Shown one piece after another: positions 1 through 13,200 of a DNA stretch of 45,534 bases. Position numbers and translations under genes: made by a program. The stretch's first letter is position 1, and every line of letters starts with the position of its first letter. The notes beneath the pieces are model-generated. The model had not been told where the DNA came from, searched no databases, and was given only the letters and a program-made list of their open reading frames with translations. The stretch comes from Gonapodya sp. JEL0774. Its lineage: Eukaryota. The stretch covers positions 1 through 45,534 of the forward strand of contig JADIIX010000160.1 of assembly GCA_027604505.1 (NCBI GenBank), read 5' to 3'.

Positions 1-598
1 GTCCCGGCACATAACAGTGACGAGCCGATATTATTTTCAAGTGAACACATATGCAGGTGGTGGCTTTCATTCCAGTGCGTTCATTGGCTCATTTGCGTGG
101 TGGGTTATGGAAATAAAGAGGATCAAAGGTCGGTTCTTGGAGGAACCGAAGTTGGCCGTTGCACTCCTCTCCGTTGCACAACAAATAGTGGCATAATCAC
201 TTGTGTCGTGTGCGATCATTTGCTCGCGGCAGCTTATCAGCAACGTATAAAACATCTAATTCGCAAATTTATCCGAGTTGCTTGCATACTTCTTGGTCAC
301 ATCTTCCACCCTTCCCCCTTTGATCGGATGGCCAATATGGCTGTCTGAATTCCCGATGGGAAATGCAGGGAAGATCTTAGTGAACAATTCAAGGTCAATG
401 GGTACCATGACGTGATGGTACCTTCCATTGGGCTAGTTTGTGGCAGTGGTAAATTTGACAGAAAGGAGGGTTGGTGCGTGAAGCGGGTGGGGCCGCGGGT
501 CGGCTGTTGTGCATGAACGGGGACGACAGATCACTTCCAGGAGCAAAACACCATCATTTTTGTGCTTGCCTCTTTCGCGTCCGACACCTCAAGAGCCG

Positions 599-1699
599 AT
601 GAATCTACCTGAATTGCCGAGCTCCGCTCCCTCCGCCCCCGTAATCGCTGCCGCTGTGAGCGACACGATCACCAATCAGCTCTCTCGTGTCAAACGGATG
701 GTTAGCAAATTCATCAGCACTGCGCAACTCCGCAGTCCCTGCATCGCTTTCGCCATTCTATATCTGATGCTAAATTATCATACGCGCATCGATAAAATCA
801 CCAGGTTGGAACACATTCCTGCAGCGTTCCGATGGCTCCAAGAAACAGTTCCATCACTCGAAATACCCGAATGGCTCACCGACGACAATTCTGATATCGC
901 AACACAGCTCAGACATACGAAGAGGTCTCGTGCTTCCAGCCAACCATATAACGACGGCGATGTAATGGCTCAGGACGAAAACTCGGCGACAAAGGACGGG
1001 ATGATGTGGCTTTTGTTAGCAGACAACATACATCCTCACACGTGGATATTTGTTGTGACAATACTTCTCCCACGTGAGCTGTGGGTTCGCCAAAGGAGGA
1101 TTGCAGAGTTTAGGGAGAGACAATCACAACTGGTCTTCAATGAAATCATCATGGGTATTTCGACTCTCGGCAACGTTCTGTCGCAAGAAAACTCTTACAA
1201 GATATATGCTGCATTTTGCCAATGTGTTCGGCGCACGTGGGCCAAGGTGTACCACCGTGAAACATTCTTTGATACAGACCTTCGGAATTTCCACCAACCG
1301 AGTAAGACCAAATTGCCCCTACAGGTGATGACAACAATACAGGATATCCCCAGTGAGGAAGCAATACAGGTTATAATTCCACCCCGTGATGAAGCTCTGC
1401 GTAAGATCTGCAACAAAAGACAGGTCGGTCGACAATCAGACGAGATGGATGCAGATGATGCCATGGAGCAGAATGGACCAGAGGCGTCATCAGAGGGCAC
1501 ATGCTCCTCCAGTGCTGGTGAGGAGAGTGGAACCACACCAGCATCAACAGAACCTGACGATATGGAGTGTGATGATGACGAAGAATTGAACTCGGACTCT
1601 GATTTTGATCTTGACCGCGAATTTTCATCGCACCCAAGTTTTGTTGATAGTGACGAGATTGATGGATCCCACCACAGTTCCGTAAGTGACTGTCACTGA
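599..1699 (+). CDS. Hypothetical protein with predicted helical N-terminal part and acidic disordered C-terminus
   Basis: Uninterrupted ORF 509..1699 with first ATG at 599. D/E/S-rich tail (DDMECDDDEELNSDSDFDLD). No family motif recognised. Confidence 0.5.
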   Translation: MNLPELPSSAPSAPVIAAAVSDTITNQLSRVKRMVSKFISTAQLRSPCIAFAILYLMLNYHTRIDKITRLEHIPAAFRWLQETVPSLEIPEWLTDDNSDIATQLRHTKRSRASSQPYNDGDVMAQDENSATKDGMMWLLLADNIHPHTWIFVVTILLPRELWVRQRRIAEFRERQSQLVFNEIIMGISTLGNVLSQENSYKIYAAFCQCVRRTWAKVYHRETFFDTDLRNFHQPSKTKLPLQVMTTIQDIPSEEAIQVIIPPRDEALRKICNKRQVGRQSDEMDADDAMEQNGPEASSEGTCSSSAGEESGTTPASTEPDDMECDDDEELNSDSDFDLDREFSSHPSFVDSDEIDGSHHSSVSDCH

Positions 1700-2361
1700 A
1701 TGCTTCCCTGGGAGAATTGAGGCGCCGTTATTGATCCGAGTCTATCTTGGCACCGTTTGACCGCTTTTATCGTGACTTCCGCTCCCCGATTCTTCAGGAG
1801 TTCTCCACCGAGGAGTCCGACATATCATCGGAGAGTGAGAGCGGGAGCGATAGTGAAGATTATGAGGAAAGCCCTAATCAATGGTCAAAGGTACGTGTAC
1901 TGTCTGCACTGCGTTGGTTCTCTGTTGTTGAGCATCAACTCATTCATGATGGCGTGCGACTGAACTTGAATCATCTTTCTGCCGCTTCGGGCGCGAATGC
2001 TTGCTACGTGTTGCTCGTGCAAACGCAAATCTCGACCACCTGCGTGCACCACTGCAACATGTTCCACAAACCAACTAGAGGGGTAAGGACCTTCGCTCGT
2101 CCAAACCACCGCCACCACCGCACAATGTGAGCGAAGTCGAAGTTGATATTGACGAAAATCGTACGACTGTAATATTAATCGACGATACCGATTTCTCTTT
2201 ACCCTGCACATTTTATCTTCTACGCGCAACCGGGTTGGTCCTTCCTTCTAGACTGCTGTCACACAATCAAGTCCCAATCCGCTGCCCGTCGTAACCTCGG
2301 AACACGGTTGTCAAGTGAGCGCATGCCTTAGGCACAAATTGGGGAGGTTCATTCGGGGTTT

Positions 2362-4528
2362 GTGCATTGCGACCATTGGACTTCTCTGATGATTTTATCC
2401 GATCGTACTGTGCAGATGACAATGACCCTCCGCTCCCGAACCACGTCCTCGACTGTTCAAGCTCCTCCATTGACTCAAGATGTGCAACAGGCACCCAGCG
2501 CGGCTGCAGCTGCCCAATGCAACACAACCAATCCCACCTTGCCCCAGTGGCAGCTTGCGTACATATCGGCGGTGCGGTGTGTCGAGGACCGGAAACAAAA
2601 ATTGGCCGCAGCGTCCGCCTCGGAATCAAGTTTCCCTGGAGAACAGCCACTACCAAAGCGAAGTTATGTTCTGGATATGTTGGATGGACCGGCCGCAGCG
2701 CGAGAAGCAGCAATACGCATCACCAACGACTTCCACCTTCGTTACAATTTACCGCACATAATGGAGGCGGGTCCCTACAATCCGAATCTGACCGAGAGTT
2801 ACCGGAGCATGGAGTCACCAAAGGTAACGTGGAAAAGTTGACGTGTTTCCTGTTTGGCAAAGAGCACGGTGTCTGAAATGCGCTCATTGCTGCCTTTGTG
2901 TCAAATTACAACATCCACTTACCTTCAACGTCTGCTCCCCTTTATTGGCATGAACACGTCGGGGTACGCATTCTGGGATGATCACCCTTGCGATTGCCCA
3001 CATTACGGGAACAGGGCACAAAGCTCTCAAGAGCAGACAGAACAAATGCAACACCGAAAAGAAAGGTGAAACTTCAGAGAATCTACGATGCGCCTGTTAA
3101 ATTTTCATGTGATTGGCGTTGTCACTCGTCAACCAACCTACCAACCGCGACCATAGTCTGGCAACAGGAAGAAGTCAAAATCCAGCCTGGACAAGAACGC
3201 ACTATCTTTGGTGTCAAGTGACATCGGACCGGCCGCCGCGGTGCTGTCGACAAACACCCAAACGGGCGATTGGTGGGTTGGGTGATCTGGTGCACAGACT
3301 GACCCAACGTTGCAACAATAACGAAGACAAACTCTCATTGGATTTAGGAGTCCACTCCATGATTTGAACTTGGTAGTTCAAACGCGAATGATTGCGTATC
3401 ATGTTGGTGGAGACAGGACTGAGCTTGCACAGTGGACCAAATGTCTACTGCAGGGCGCTCAGAGGAACGCCAAGTGGAACAAAGACACGCCATCCGAACT
3501 AACAGATATGGCAGAAGCACTCGCAACATGTGTTGCAAAGGACGCTCTTGGACAGTCGGACGGGAATTCCAGCGATGAGGCTTCGTAAGTGTCAGTTGTC
3601 ACGGGATGTGATCAGAAGTTATTTGTTACCAACGGCCAACAATATGAAATGACAATCTCCTCACTTGATATCGAAACCTGCGATCCTCTTGGGCACTAGC
3701 ACTGAGCTAACATTTCAGGCAATCTCCTTCATCATCTCCATCCTGGACGAATTCGCCAGAGGCGCCATGATGCAGCTACCGACCACCAAGACGAGCGCGC
3801 CTCGAGCATCTCGCAAGGAATGCAAACTGATGTTTTCCGCAGAAGCTGGTTGTTTACTTCCGCCGATGCAAGACCCTCGTGTTCTGACGTCCATTGCTGG
3901 GGACGGAACGCTGAATCTCCTACACCTCACGATGTTGTCCTTCTTTGCTACGTTTGGATTTGTGGGATACTGGAACGCTCGCGGAGTATTTTTATTCTAC
4001 AAGGATCTCCTTGCGAACGCTTCTGGCAAAGCTTTTGCACCCAGCTGTGCAGGTCCAATTCCTGATGGACGTCACGCAAAACAACAGACATTAACTCTGA
4101 AGGTGAACGACCCGTTATCCATCGGCAAGCGCGACTACATCGTACTGCGGTCAGTGGTGATTGTTCGAGCCACTGAAGAGTTCCACGAGTCAGGTGAACG
4201 GAGCAACAAGTGCGAGCCGAAAATTGCGACGGAGAGTCCTGAAATCTGGAGCTTCCCAGCGAATTGCATCAGGGAGGTGTGTCCCATGATGGCAAACTGC
4301 GAGGTGAGAAAATGTGCCGTTGTCCTTCTTTTGGATCCGAACAGTGATCGATTCGAACGCCCCTCTTCGGTTCTCTATTTCAATTCCAAACAATTCACGC
4401 ATACTACTGCACTTCCACTCGCGAACATGCCACACCCATGCGACTCCAAAATGTTTTTGCTCTATGGCCACGAATTAACCACACGGTGGGGCGCGTGGGT
4501 GATGAATCAAGTGGAGAGACACGGATGA
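2362..4528 (+). pseudogene. Fragmented or spliced hypothetical coding region(s)
   Basis: Chain of protein-like + strand ORFs (2362..2841, 2988..3221, 3364..3588, 3665..4528) with frame changes. A GTAAGT donor near 3585 suggests splicing into the 287-aa ORF. No domain recognised. Confidence 0.3.
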
Positions 4529-5679
4529 ACTTGTAGGCCAGTATCCCTGGGGCAACATTGCTCTCAGGGACTTGGTGCTTACCAAGTCACACCGGAAGCG
4601 TACGATCACAGCAGGGATGGAACTGTTGATTGCGCATCCTCCAAATGCGGAGCCTTGCGCGCATTGTGCGAAATAGTGCAATTTGATGTCAAGACTAGAG
4701 TCTCAAGCCTGTTAAGTACAGAGAGCGTATGGGGACGGGTGGAGAAGTGAGGGAGGTTGTGAAGTGGTGGTGGAATGGGTGTGGTTGGGAGTACTGGCGG
4801 GCCCCGGGGTGCACCCAGAAGTACAGGTCGGAGCCGCGCGCACACATGCAAGTTTTATATTAGACGCTTGGTTTTTGTATCGGCTTACATTTATACATGA
4901 GACAGTGCCATCGTTCAGCACAGAATCTGCACGATGTGGTTCGTCTGACTTGGTTCCTTTGCACGCCCGGGGCCCGCGGCATTCTTGATCGGTTGAACCA
5001 AAGTCAAGGGAACATGGAAGAGCAGCTGCAAAGCAAATCATGCAGTATCACGGTTGCCACGCAAGCCCCAACCCACCAAGTACACTCACTGCTGAACGCA
5101 CGTATCCTCTCAGCCTCCACTTCAAGCTCATAGTTTACACAGTGATGTATTTGGTCAATGTTACAGCGTGTCGCGCGCTGACTCCATGTGCATCTACTGT
5201 TCCGGTGGAGGTGAACATCACATACAACTCGGTTTGTTCTTGAACGCCACCAAACCCCGAGGTTCGACAGCACAGGCTGTATCCTCTCAAGGTTGGTGAT
5301 ACGTTTGAGCATGTAGCTGGGTACAGAGAAGGTTCTGCCGCCCAGAGAGACACCCTCATGGGTGTTTACCGCAACTTCACTCACCTTCACCAATGTCTGT
5401 TGACTCCACAGTATCCACCGACTACAAAGAGCAGCTTTTCATTATATTTGACATATTCGATTCGAGGCGGTGGTTGGGGAAGCTCTTAGTGCGTGAGAAA
5501 GTTGGCGCGAGAGGTGAGCAGGTCAGCAACCGCGAGACCGAGACCAAGGTTGATTCGTCTGTAAGAGCTGTCGCGGATGTATCACATACACTGCGTAGAG
5601 TTGTAATCGGACTTTCTGAGGGGACGGAGACGAACTGCGTCCAGCACTTGAGATTCAGCATCAGAGCAGTCAAGAACAC
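4475..5679 (-). pseudogene. Fragmented hypothetical Cys-containing coding region
   Basis: Short minus-strand ORFs (5422..5679, 5004..5393, 4712..5041, 4475..4681) convergent with the 3665..4528 ORF. I could not splice them into one frame. Confidence 0.2.
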
Positions 5680-5974
5680 TCACTTTACAACCCAGAGCTG
5701 ATTGGTCCAATTTTCCACCATTTTTCCATCATTCACGCCTCATAATGCAGCTGGAAACCCGCGAGAGGGGTGGATGCCTGTGATAGTAGCCTTTTTGTTA
5801 CGTCAGGGCACTGACAGGGGCGGCGGATGTCTGACATCCGATCACACCAGAAGACCCGCTCCCGTCCATCACGTATCCAGTCCATTCGTTTTCATTGAAT
5901 TCGCCTTGCTTAGTTGGCGAGAAAATGGCTGCGGGGGAATTGGGGATCTGCTGTGACCGTCCTCACCACGTTCC

Positions 5975-8900
5975 ATGCAGCCCCCACCATCCCAGGCACA
6001 AGCATGTACGCCCCCTTCTTTGTCCGACCACTGTTTGAACTCTGCCATCAAAAGAAAATCGCCCATCGCCCCCGCGCAAAATATGGGAGCCTTCTCATCC
6101 AAGACGGAAAATACTCCCACTCCGCTCTCAGACCAGTCCACATCTGGGGGGGTCGAAGATCTCCAAGATGGATTGTGGCAACACCAAGCGGACATTGCCA
6201 AAGACACTGGTCCAGTTGACCAAGAATCCGTAAGTGTTGTGAGGAGTGGCATCAGGATTTCCTCTGCAGCGCGGTTCCTTTCCGCGTCGGGATTACCAAA
6301 TCTCGACAGATCGAATGTCGGTTTGCCACCCGCCTCCCACAACATACACATACATGGCATTGAGATCTAATGTTGCGACACTAAATCGGTCTTGCTTCTG
6401 TTCTCCCTTTAGGCGCTCGAGGATGCAGGACTCGTATCCTCTAACTCCATGACGATGACCAACGTTGCGAACAAGCGAGGTGACAAGCGAAAGGTGCGAT
6501 GTTGACACGCTCTGACCCAAATGGATGTCAAATATCATTCTGTTCTAAACACTGCGGAATCCTGCGTTGTTTTTAGGCGGCCACCTATCCGGAGACACAT
6601 TCGGAGGAGGACGGGCTAATTGTCCCTCCGAAGAGAACTCGAACAACTCCAACGGCCCCTGCATCGACTGTGAGTATAACATCCGGCAAATGTAGAGAAA
6701 CGTACCGGTGGCTGATGGTGAAATCTTGATCAAGTCGCAGGTTGACCTTCGCTCCGTCGATCACCTCCAACGTGGTGACTCCACACAGTCTCCCACGCCG
6801 AGCTCGCGCACATCCCCAACGCACGATCATATGGTTCTTTGGACAGGTGGGCTCTTCCACCAAAGCATACTGGACAAATCTCCGGAAGAGATTGCTAGTG
6901 TGAGTTTGTCTCAGTCGCCCAACGTGAATGACCATCGTGTCTGACTCGTCTTTTGTGGTAAATACAAAGATCGAAACCACCATAAAAGAAGATTCGGCAG
7001 CGTTGATGGAACAGTTTGAAATCAACGCAGCCTCCGCTTCGCAAGGTAATCTGGGGCCTGAATTGGCTGCGGCAGCAGGACTCGAATCTACCACCCTCGC
7101 AAATCGTCGACCCACATCCATGGAGGGTGATCCAAATTCAGCGGCTCAAGCTAGCGACAAGCAAAGGTTGGCTTCCTGCAAAAGCCTCGCGACCATTAAG
7201 CCGTGGAAACCGCCAGCGTACATGGTGCCTTTGGAAATTGAAGATGATCACGAACAAGTGAGCTCTATGCACGTGGTTGTACGCTTCTCTTCACCTCAGC
7301 ACCACGCGCGAACTGAGAAACAAATCATCGTGTCGTACTTGACCTCCGCCCATGTTCCCATCAATTAGTCACCTAGTCTCAACAAAGGCTTGTGGCAACG
7401 TCTCTACCAGAACAGCCTCTACCACTGGACTAAGGATCAAGTTCAATGTGCACTGGCAATTCTCATCGCCACTTTCATGGAATGTCACATCCAGGTGGCA
7501 TTTCTGGGCCTGGTGGACCTTGGCCAAGCGTTAAGAGCGATCGGTGCCGTACACCACAGTGTTCCAGCGGTGAGTTTTTTTTGATACGAGACCCACTTTT
7601 TCACTATCCATATAACAATTTACATGTACACATGACTGTTTCATTCCTAGGCATTGCACGAGACATTTGCTCGTGCTTTCTTGCACCGGTTTTCGGCCAT
7701 GTATGTGTCCATCGAGAGCCCGCAAACAAAGGTACGTGATAGCGTTCAGGTGACCTGCCGGTGGTGTAGATAACTCACCCGAACTTTTACTTTTGCCCTC
7801 GACTGTGATCATCTTATGCCTGATTGACTGCCGCGGATGAATGGGCGGGCGGTTCAGGGTGACTTTTCCACCGAAATTGCCGACAAGTTTTTCCGACCGT
7901 GCAGAGATAGCACCCACAGCAATCGATGTCGGGTACCGCCACGCTTCCTGGCACAGCTCCAGCACATGGAAGTTCTCGCCAAGTACACTGGCAAAATAGA
8001 GGACGAAAGCACCCACACAAAGAAGAAAGTACAAGAACATCGCGTTGCATGGTTCAAATGTCTTTCAAGGGACCAACTCAAACCCTTGATGTATCGTAAT
8101 ATTCTCGTCGAGAAGAAGGATGGCAGTGGTGTCAAGAGATCTCCAAGTCCACTCATGTGAGTTTTCGTGCTGTCGAGGTGTGGACTATGGAGTCCTTTTT
8201 AACGTATCCCACAACGCTTGAATCGAATTGTAAATCTGCACTCCCGCCAGCGCTCGAATCACCCAAGGTCTCGTGTATGACGTTTCCGAAGGCACCGGGG
8301 ACATCTACTTGGAATACGAACAAGAATCTGATCAACACATTAAGGCCCCCATCATTATTTGCTCCGACAAAACCAAGGTCATCAAGACGGATTTCTTTGA
8401 TGTGGATACTCGCATGTTGGTGGGATCAGCAACGTTCAATCTTTTCAACGATGCGCAGATCAGCAGGTAAAGTTCCTTGTAATTTTGAGCTTTTACTGTC
8501 AGAGAACTACGTCATTGATTACTGCGATAATCGATGTTTGCTTCCATTCCTCACGGCATCCTGTACCGATGAAACGGAAATCTCGCCAAGTTACTGTTTG
8601 GCGTTGGAGATGAACTGCCGCAGCAAACCCCATCAGAAACGAGGCCTCTCTCTCCAGGCAACCACTCCTCCAGAGTCGACTTTGACGGCAACCGGAGAGC
8701 ATGCTGTGAGTCGTCGTTGGGAACCTTTTCTCCGGATGATTGGTGCGGAAACATTCCGTAGTCACGATTTCTGGAATTGATCACGTCTTGCACCTGACCC
8801 ACCAGGTGTACACAGATCCCACAACAAACACCACATATGCGTACCTCCCAGAGATCAGTCCTCAGGCCCGCGACTTTTGCGAGAAGGTGGTCACAGAGGC

Positions 8901-9592
8901 TGCAATCAACCTCTCTCTGTATCACGGTAGCGCCATGTTTCCGCCTCAATTGGCATCGCAGTTTGAGCATCATCGCAAGCAAGCGCGCCGTGAAGCCGCA
9001 GATCTTGTGAGTTGCTGCATGGTGGTTGACGATTTTTATTCACAGTGTGCTCTCTTACATCTGCTTGCTTGTTTTCTCTTTTACTTTGATGTTCACGTAT
9101 TCGTTCAAAGGCCGGGACCTTCTTTGGTGCAAAGGACTTCCAAACTGGCTTGCACCTTGATAGTGACGATGCCAGTGTGCTAAGTGCAGGGTACGTAATT
9201 GGCATTTCATTGTTGCTTTCCGATACAAACGTGCACTTTGTTGCGTTCGGTGCTTTTAATTGCATCAACTAAACCATTTTACCCCGTCGTGTACTACCTC
9301 TAGGGCAATATTCTCGATGGATGAGGAGTGGAATGCGACATGTGGTGGCGAGTTCTTTTACTGGTCTCATTTTGTCTTGTTACAGCTTCGAAGGAACATG
9401 TCGTGGGCATGGGTGTCAGCTAAGCTCGCCCACTGCACCGCCCTCATGGACATGCACAATGACTTGCACAAGTGCGTGCAATCAATTTTCAATGTGTTCT
9501 TTGTTTATTTTGTCTGATAGCTCTGACCTCGTTTCTGCAGGTACTCTTGTGCGCTCGCGCTGAACAGGAAAACAATTCAGAACCAAGTTTAA
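5975..9592 (+). CDS. Multi-exon gene with C-terminal TET/JBP-like 2OG-Fe(II) dioxygenase domain
   Basis: Frame-consistent introns 9007-9110, 9191-9303 and 9472-9540 give ...EAADL|AGTFFGAKDFQTGLHLDSDDASVLSAG|AIFSMDEEWNATCGGEFFYWSHFVLLQLRRNMSWAWVSAKLAHCTALMDMHNDLHK|YSCALALNRK. HxD at 9153-9161, distal H at 9431, K-x-S at the R-x-S position. The 5' exons (5975-9006) and the start codon are tentative. Confidence 0.6.
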
Positions 9593-10283
9593 GCCGGCAG
9601 TCACACAAACATGTCGTAGATCATGCGAGATGTTGCAGCAAAGTGACTGTAGTTGGGAGACTTTGGAGTGGAGCGAAATGGCGACAATGCGATCTACCGT
9701 TTTGAGGTCGCGGAAACCGCAGTTGATCCTTTCCGAGGTTCCGTTAGCGAACTTGATGCTGGTCACCTGTGACTGCACATACAGATGTCGTCGGTTTTTA
9801 TTCCACATGGGAGCTTTTTTCGATATGTGCATATCTGAGAACAGGTCAGTTCGTTGTCTGATGTCGGCGCACTGCTACTCGGACAACGATCCAAGAGAAG
9901 GAAGCTCGACTTCCGTGAAGAAGAGCGTACAAACCGAGGAGAGCAAGCACCGATAGAGCCAGAAACGGTAGATACAACAGGTGCTTCCCTCGCTTTTCCC
10001 TGTACGGAATGGTCAACAATGTCATTACGATACGAACTACTAGGCGGCTCTGAATGTTCACAGCCCTGAACCCGCGAAGACTCGCGGTACAATTCCTTCA
10101 TATGTCAAGATATTCAACCATTTTCTGGACATACCGGAGGGGCCTTCAGAGCGTGGTATAAATGCAACTGCCCTCAACCAAATACACGCACAGGACGAAC
10201 AAACGCCACCGAGTACACCGAATACAGACCAAAGCGAGACTCTCACACTGCCTCCACCGCTCACACTCGCATCAAAGCAGATC

Positions 10284-13200
10284 TTGCAAGCTTTGAAAAA
10301 AAGCCTTTTGCGTTTCCTACAAACCCCCGCAACTCACTTCAAGCCGCTGTTGTTGGATGTCGAATATAAAAGTCTTCAGGAACTCGACTTGCCATCCGCC
10401 GTTGATTTGCTCGGATGTACAGCCTTCTTGTACAAAAGCGAGGACGAGGATGACTGCGACCAAAAGCACTGCTTGATCTTGAAGGTAGTGCACTTGTTGA
10501 TGCGGGACGGGACAGCTCACCAAGCAGCTTTCAAAATCCATCTCACAAAGTGTTGGTCCCCTGTATCAGTTGCGTACCGGGCCCCCAGTCGAAACTGCTA
10601 TCCTCACACTCCCCGGCCTCTCCGGTCGTAATCTCGTTCGTACAGGCAAAGTATACGAGAGTAAAGGACGCCTTGCCGATAGGGTGAGGTTCCACTCCCT
10701 CTAGTGTGTCACGTTTTGTCGGAATTTGATCGATATATCTCCCGAATGTTCCGCAGGTCTCGTCCCACCAGACCATTGTCTCAAAGCATTCCAAGCCAGG
10801 AGAAACCCACAACTACGATGTACGAGTTTCTGTGATATCGACTCGAGCTTATTTGTCCAATCAGATGAGCGCTCACTCGGCCTCCTTAAAAGGATACTTT
10901 CCAGCTCACGGACAAGGGTCACAAGGCCCGAAGGGATATCGCTCAAAAGGGTTCAGGTGAGAATCGCACATACCATTTTGATTGCCCTTACACCTACAAT
11001 CTGTTTGCCGACCCAGAAAAGAACCCAGTCTTGCGAGCGATCGAGTAAGTTCCTGAACATGACGGCGGATCACATCACCGATTATTATCTTTTGGCACAT
11101 CTTTCTTACATGATCATTATCACCTTTTGCGTTCGCCCGCAGTGTTGCTTGTGCAGGCGGAGAAACTTGTGAGCGAGCATGTGGCGCTGTCGGGACCTGC
11201 ACTGCAGATTGCGAGATACTTCTCGGCGGGGGGGGTCCTTCTACACCACAAAAGGGGAAATTGTTCTACAAAAATCGCAGCCACAAGTGTCGAGTGAAAT
11301 TGCGGATAATAACGTTTCTGGATGGTGGGTCGATATTCTCAAATGTGTGGCATCGAGCAATGGTCCTCGAAACAAAATGTCTCCCTTGAATCGACTTGTG
11401 GGATTTCTTCGCGGATAGATCCTCAGAACACCTATATCTTTATCCCCACTCTCATACACAACTCCCGTTCTCTCGCTGAGGAATCGGTGCGATCCCGAAG
11501 ACTTAACCCGGCGCAAAAACGTATGGCCATCGAGAACGCCCATCAGACGCCGCTTCAAGTATCCATACTTTCGCAGGGGGATGCGAGACGGATCGGTCAG
11601 CTTAGATACCGACTTAAAAGGGGGGTCAAGGAGGACAAACTTCAGGTGGGTTCCCCAAAGTGCGAGCTCCTCACGTTCTCTTTCGCCGGAAACTTCACTT
11701 CGGATTGTATCACCCGGTACGCTACAGAAACTTGATTCTGCAATTGAACGATTGCGCGAAGAAGGGAAGATCTTGTTTGATTCAGTGGAGACGGTAAACA
11801 AAAGAAGCTTACCCCATCTCGGGTGCTACCGCGCTTTCCCCTAACCATCATTCCCTGTACATGAAAGGGCGTCGGCTCGTTCAAGTATACCGTCGTCTTT
11901 ACTGATCCCTCACTTCTGCGCGCTATTGGCGCAGACACGAAGCGGATCGCCCTTGACGCCAAGCACAAGGTGTCGACCTACGGGGATTTTTTGATTTCGG
12001 CGGTGGTAAAAACCGATCACGGGTTGATTCCAACGTTGTTTTGGTGGGTGAAATTGACAAAAATTCTTACCTGGCTGGTGTGGATATTGAAACAAGATTC
12101 GTTTTGGGCTTCAGTCTCACTTCGGATTTATCTGTGGGTACTGGTGCTATACTCAGTGCTGCTCGAGATCACGTTGGAGAACGGTGAGTCACCCACAAAT
12201 GGTAGACGGTTTCGGCTTTCTACTGATTATCTTCCTTCCAGAACTCCGGAATTGGACAGGGAGGGCTGGAGTCCAGGTTCGGAAGGAGATCCGCCAAGCA
12301 TCTTTCTTTTGAATCTCTTTTTAACATCTTTTCTGGATCCCAGTTATTGTTGTGGATCCACTGCAGCTCGATGCGGTTGTGGAATCTGACCTGAGACCAC
12401 AGATTGACACCTTCCATTACTTTTCCGGTTGGTGAGTGCCCTCCTACTGAAGCGCTCGCCATTGCAAGGATCAAACTTTCGAGACCGAATAGTGATGTCA
12501 GATGCATTTTCTTGAATCAGGCTGCAGTTTCTCAGGTCTGTCGTCCGCAACGAGGAGACTCCCAAAGTTCTCTTGTTGTTTCTGACAGTTAGTGAGTACA
12601 ACCAGTCAAATTTTCGTTGCTTGATTATATTTTCGATTACAGTAACAGACCGTCTGCTGTTTCTTATGGGACAAAACCTTGGCACAAAGAAATGATACTC
12701 TCAGTCTCATCGTCTAAGGATCGATTAGACCTGGCGAAGCAGCTCAGGTTACGCCTGGCGAATACCGAGGGTATATCGGTCGAGCCGTTCATAGATAGGC
12801 TAATCTCGGATTTAAACAGTCAACACACGCCAACCAGAACGGATTCTCTCCATAGCGGCTCCGCAGGTATGTTTCTGTGCATCAGTAAGGCAAGCAGTGG
12901 AGTGGGAGGCTGCTGCCTGAAAGCTGTGTTTTACAGTAGCTGAGATCGGCGTGGCCTGTGTATGGATCATGCTACAACTTACCCTGTTCTTTCAGAGTCG
13001 ATCCACGGCATTGTGACCCAGCTCCTCCCGAAAAAGTTGCACATGATGGAGCCCGACGAGGTCTTGTCGTCGTTCGATCCTATCTTGAAGGTGCGTTCCA
13101 TTCTACGATTCCATTTTTGCATGAAGTGCACTCACCGTCGGCGGGTGAACCCTGAAACACTGCCGACCCACTATCCCGCATCATGGCAGCACTATAAGGC

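Noticed and set aside
11228..11235. G8 run as a possible slippage site in the MULE-like gene
   Set aside because: The frame reads through (GGGGPSTPQK...HKC), so no shift is needed.
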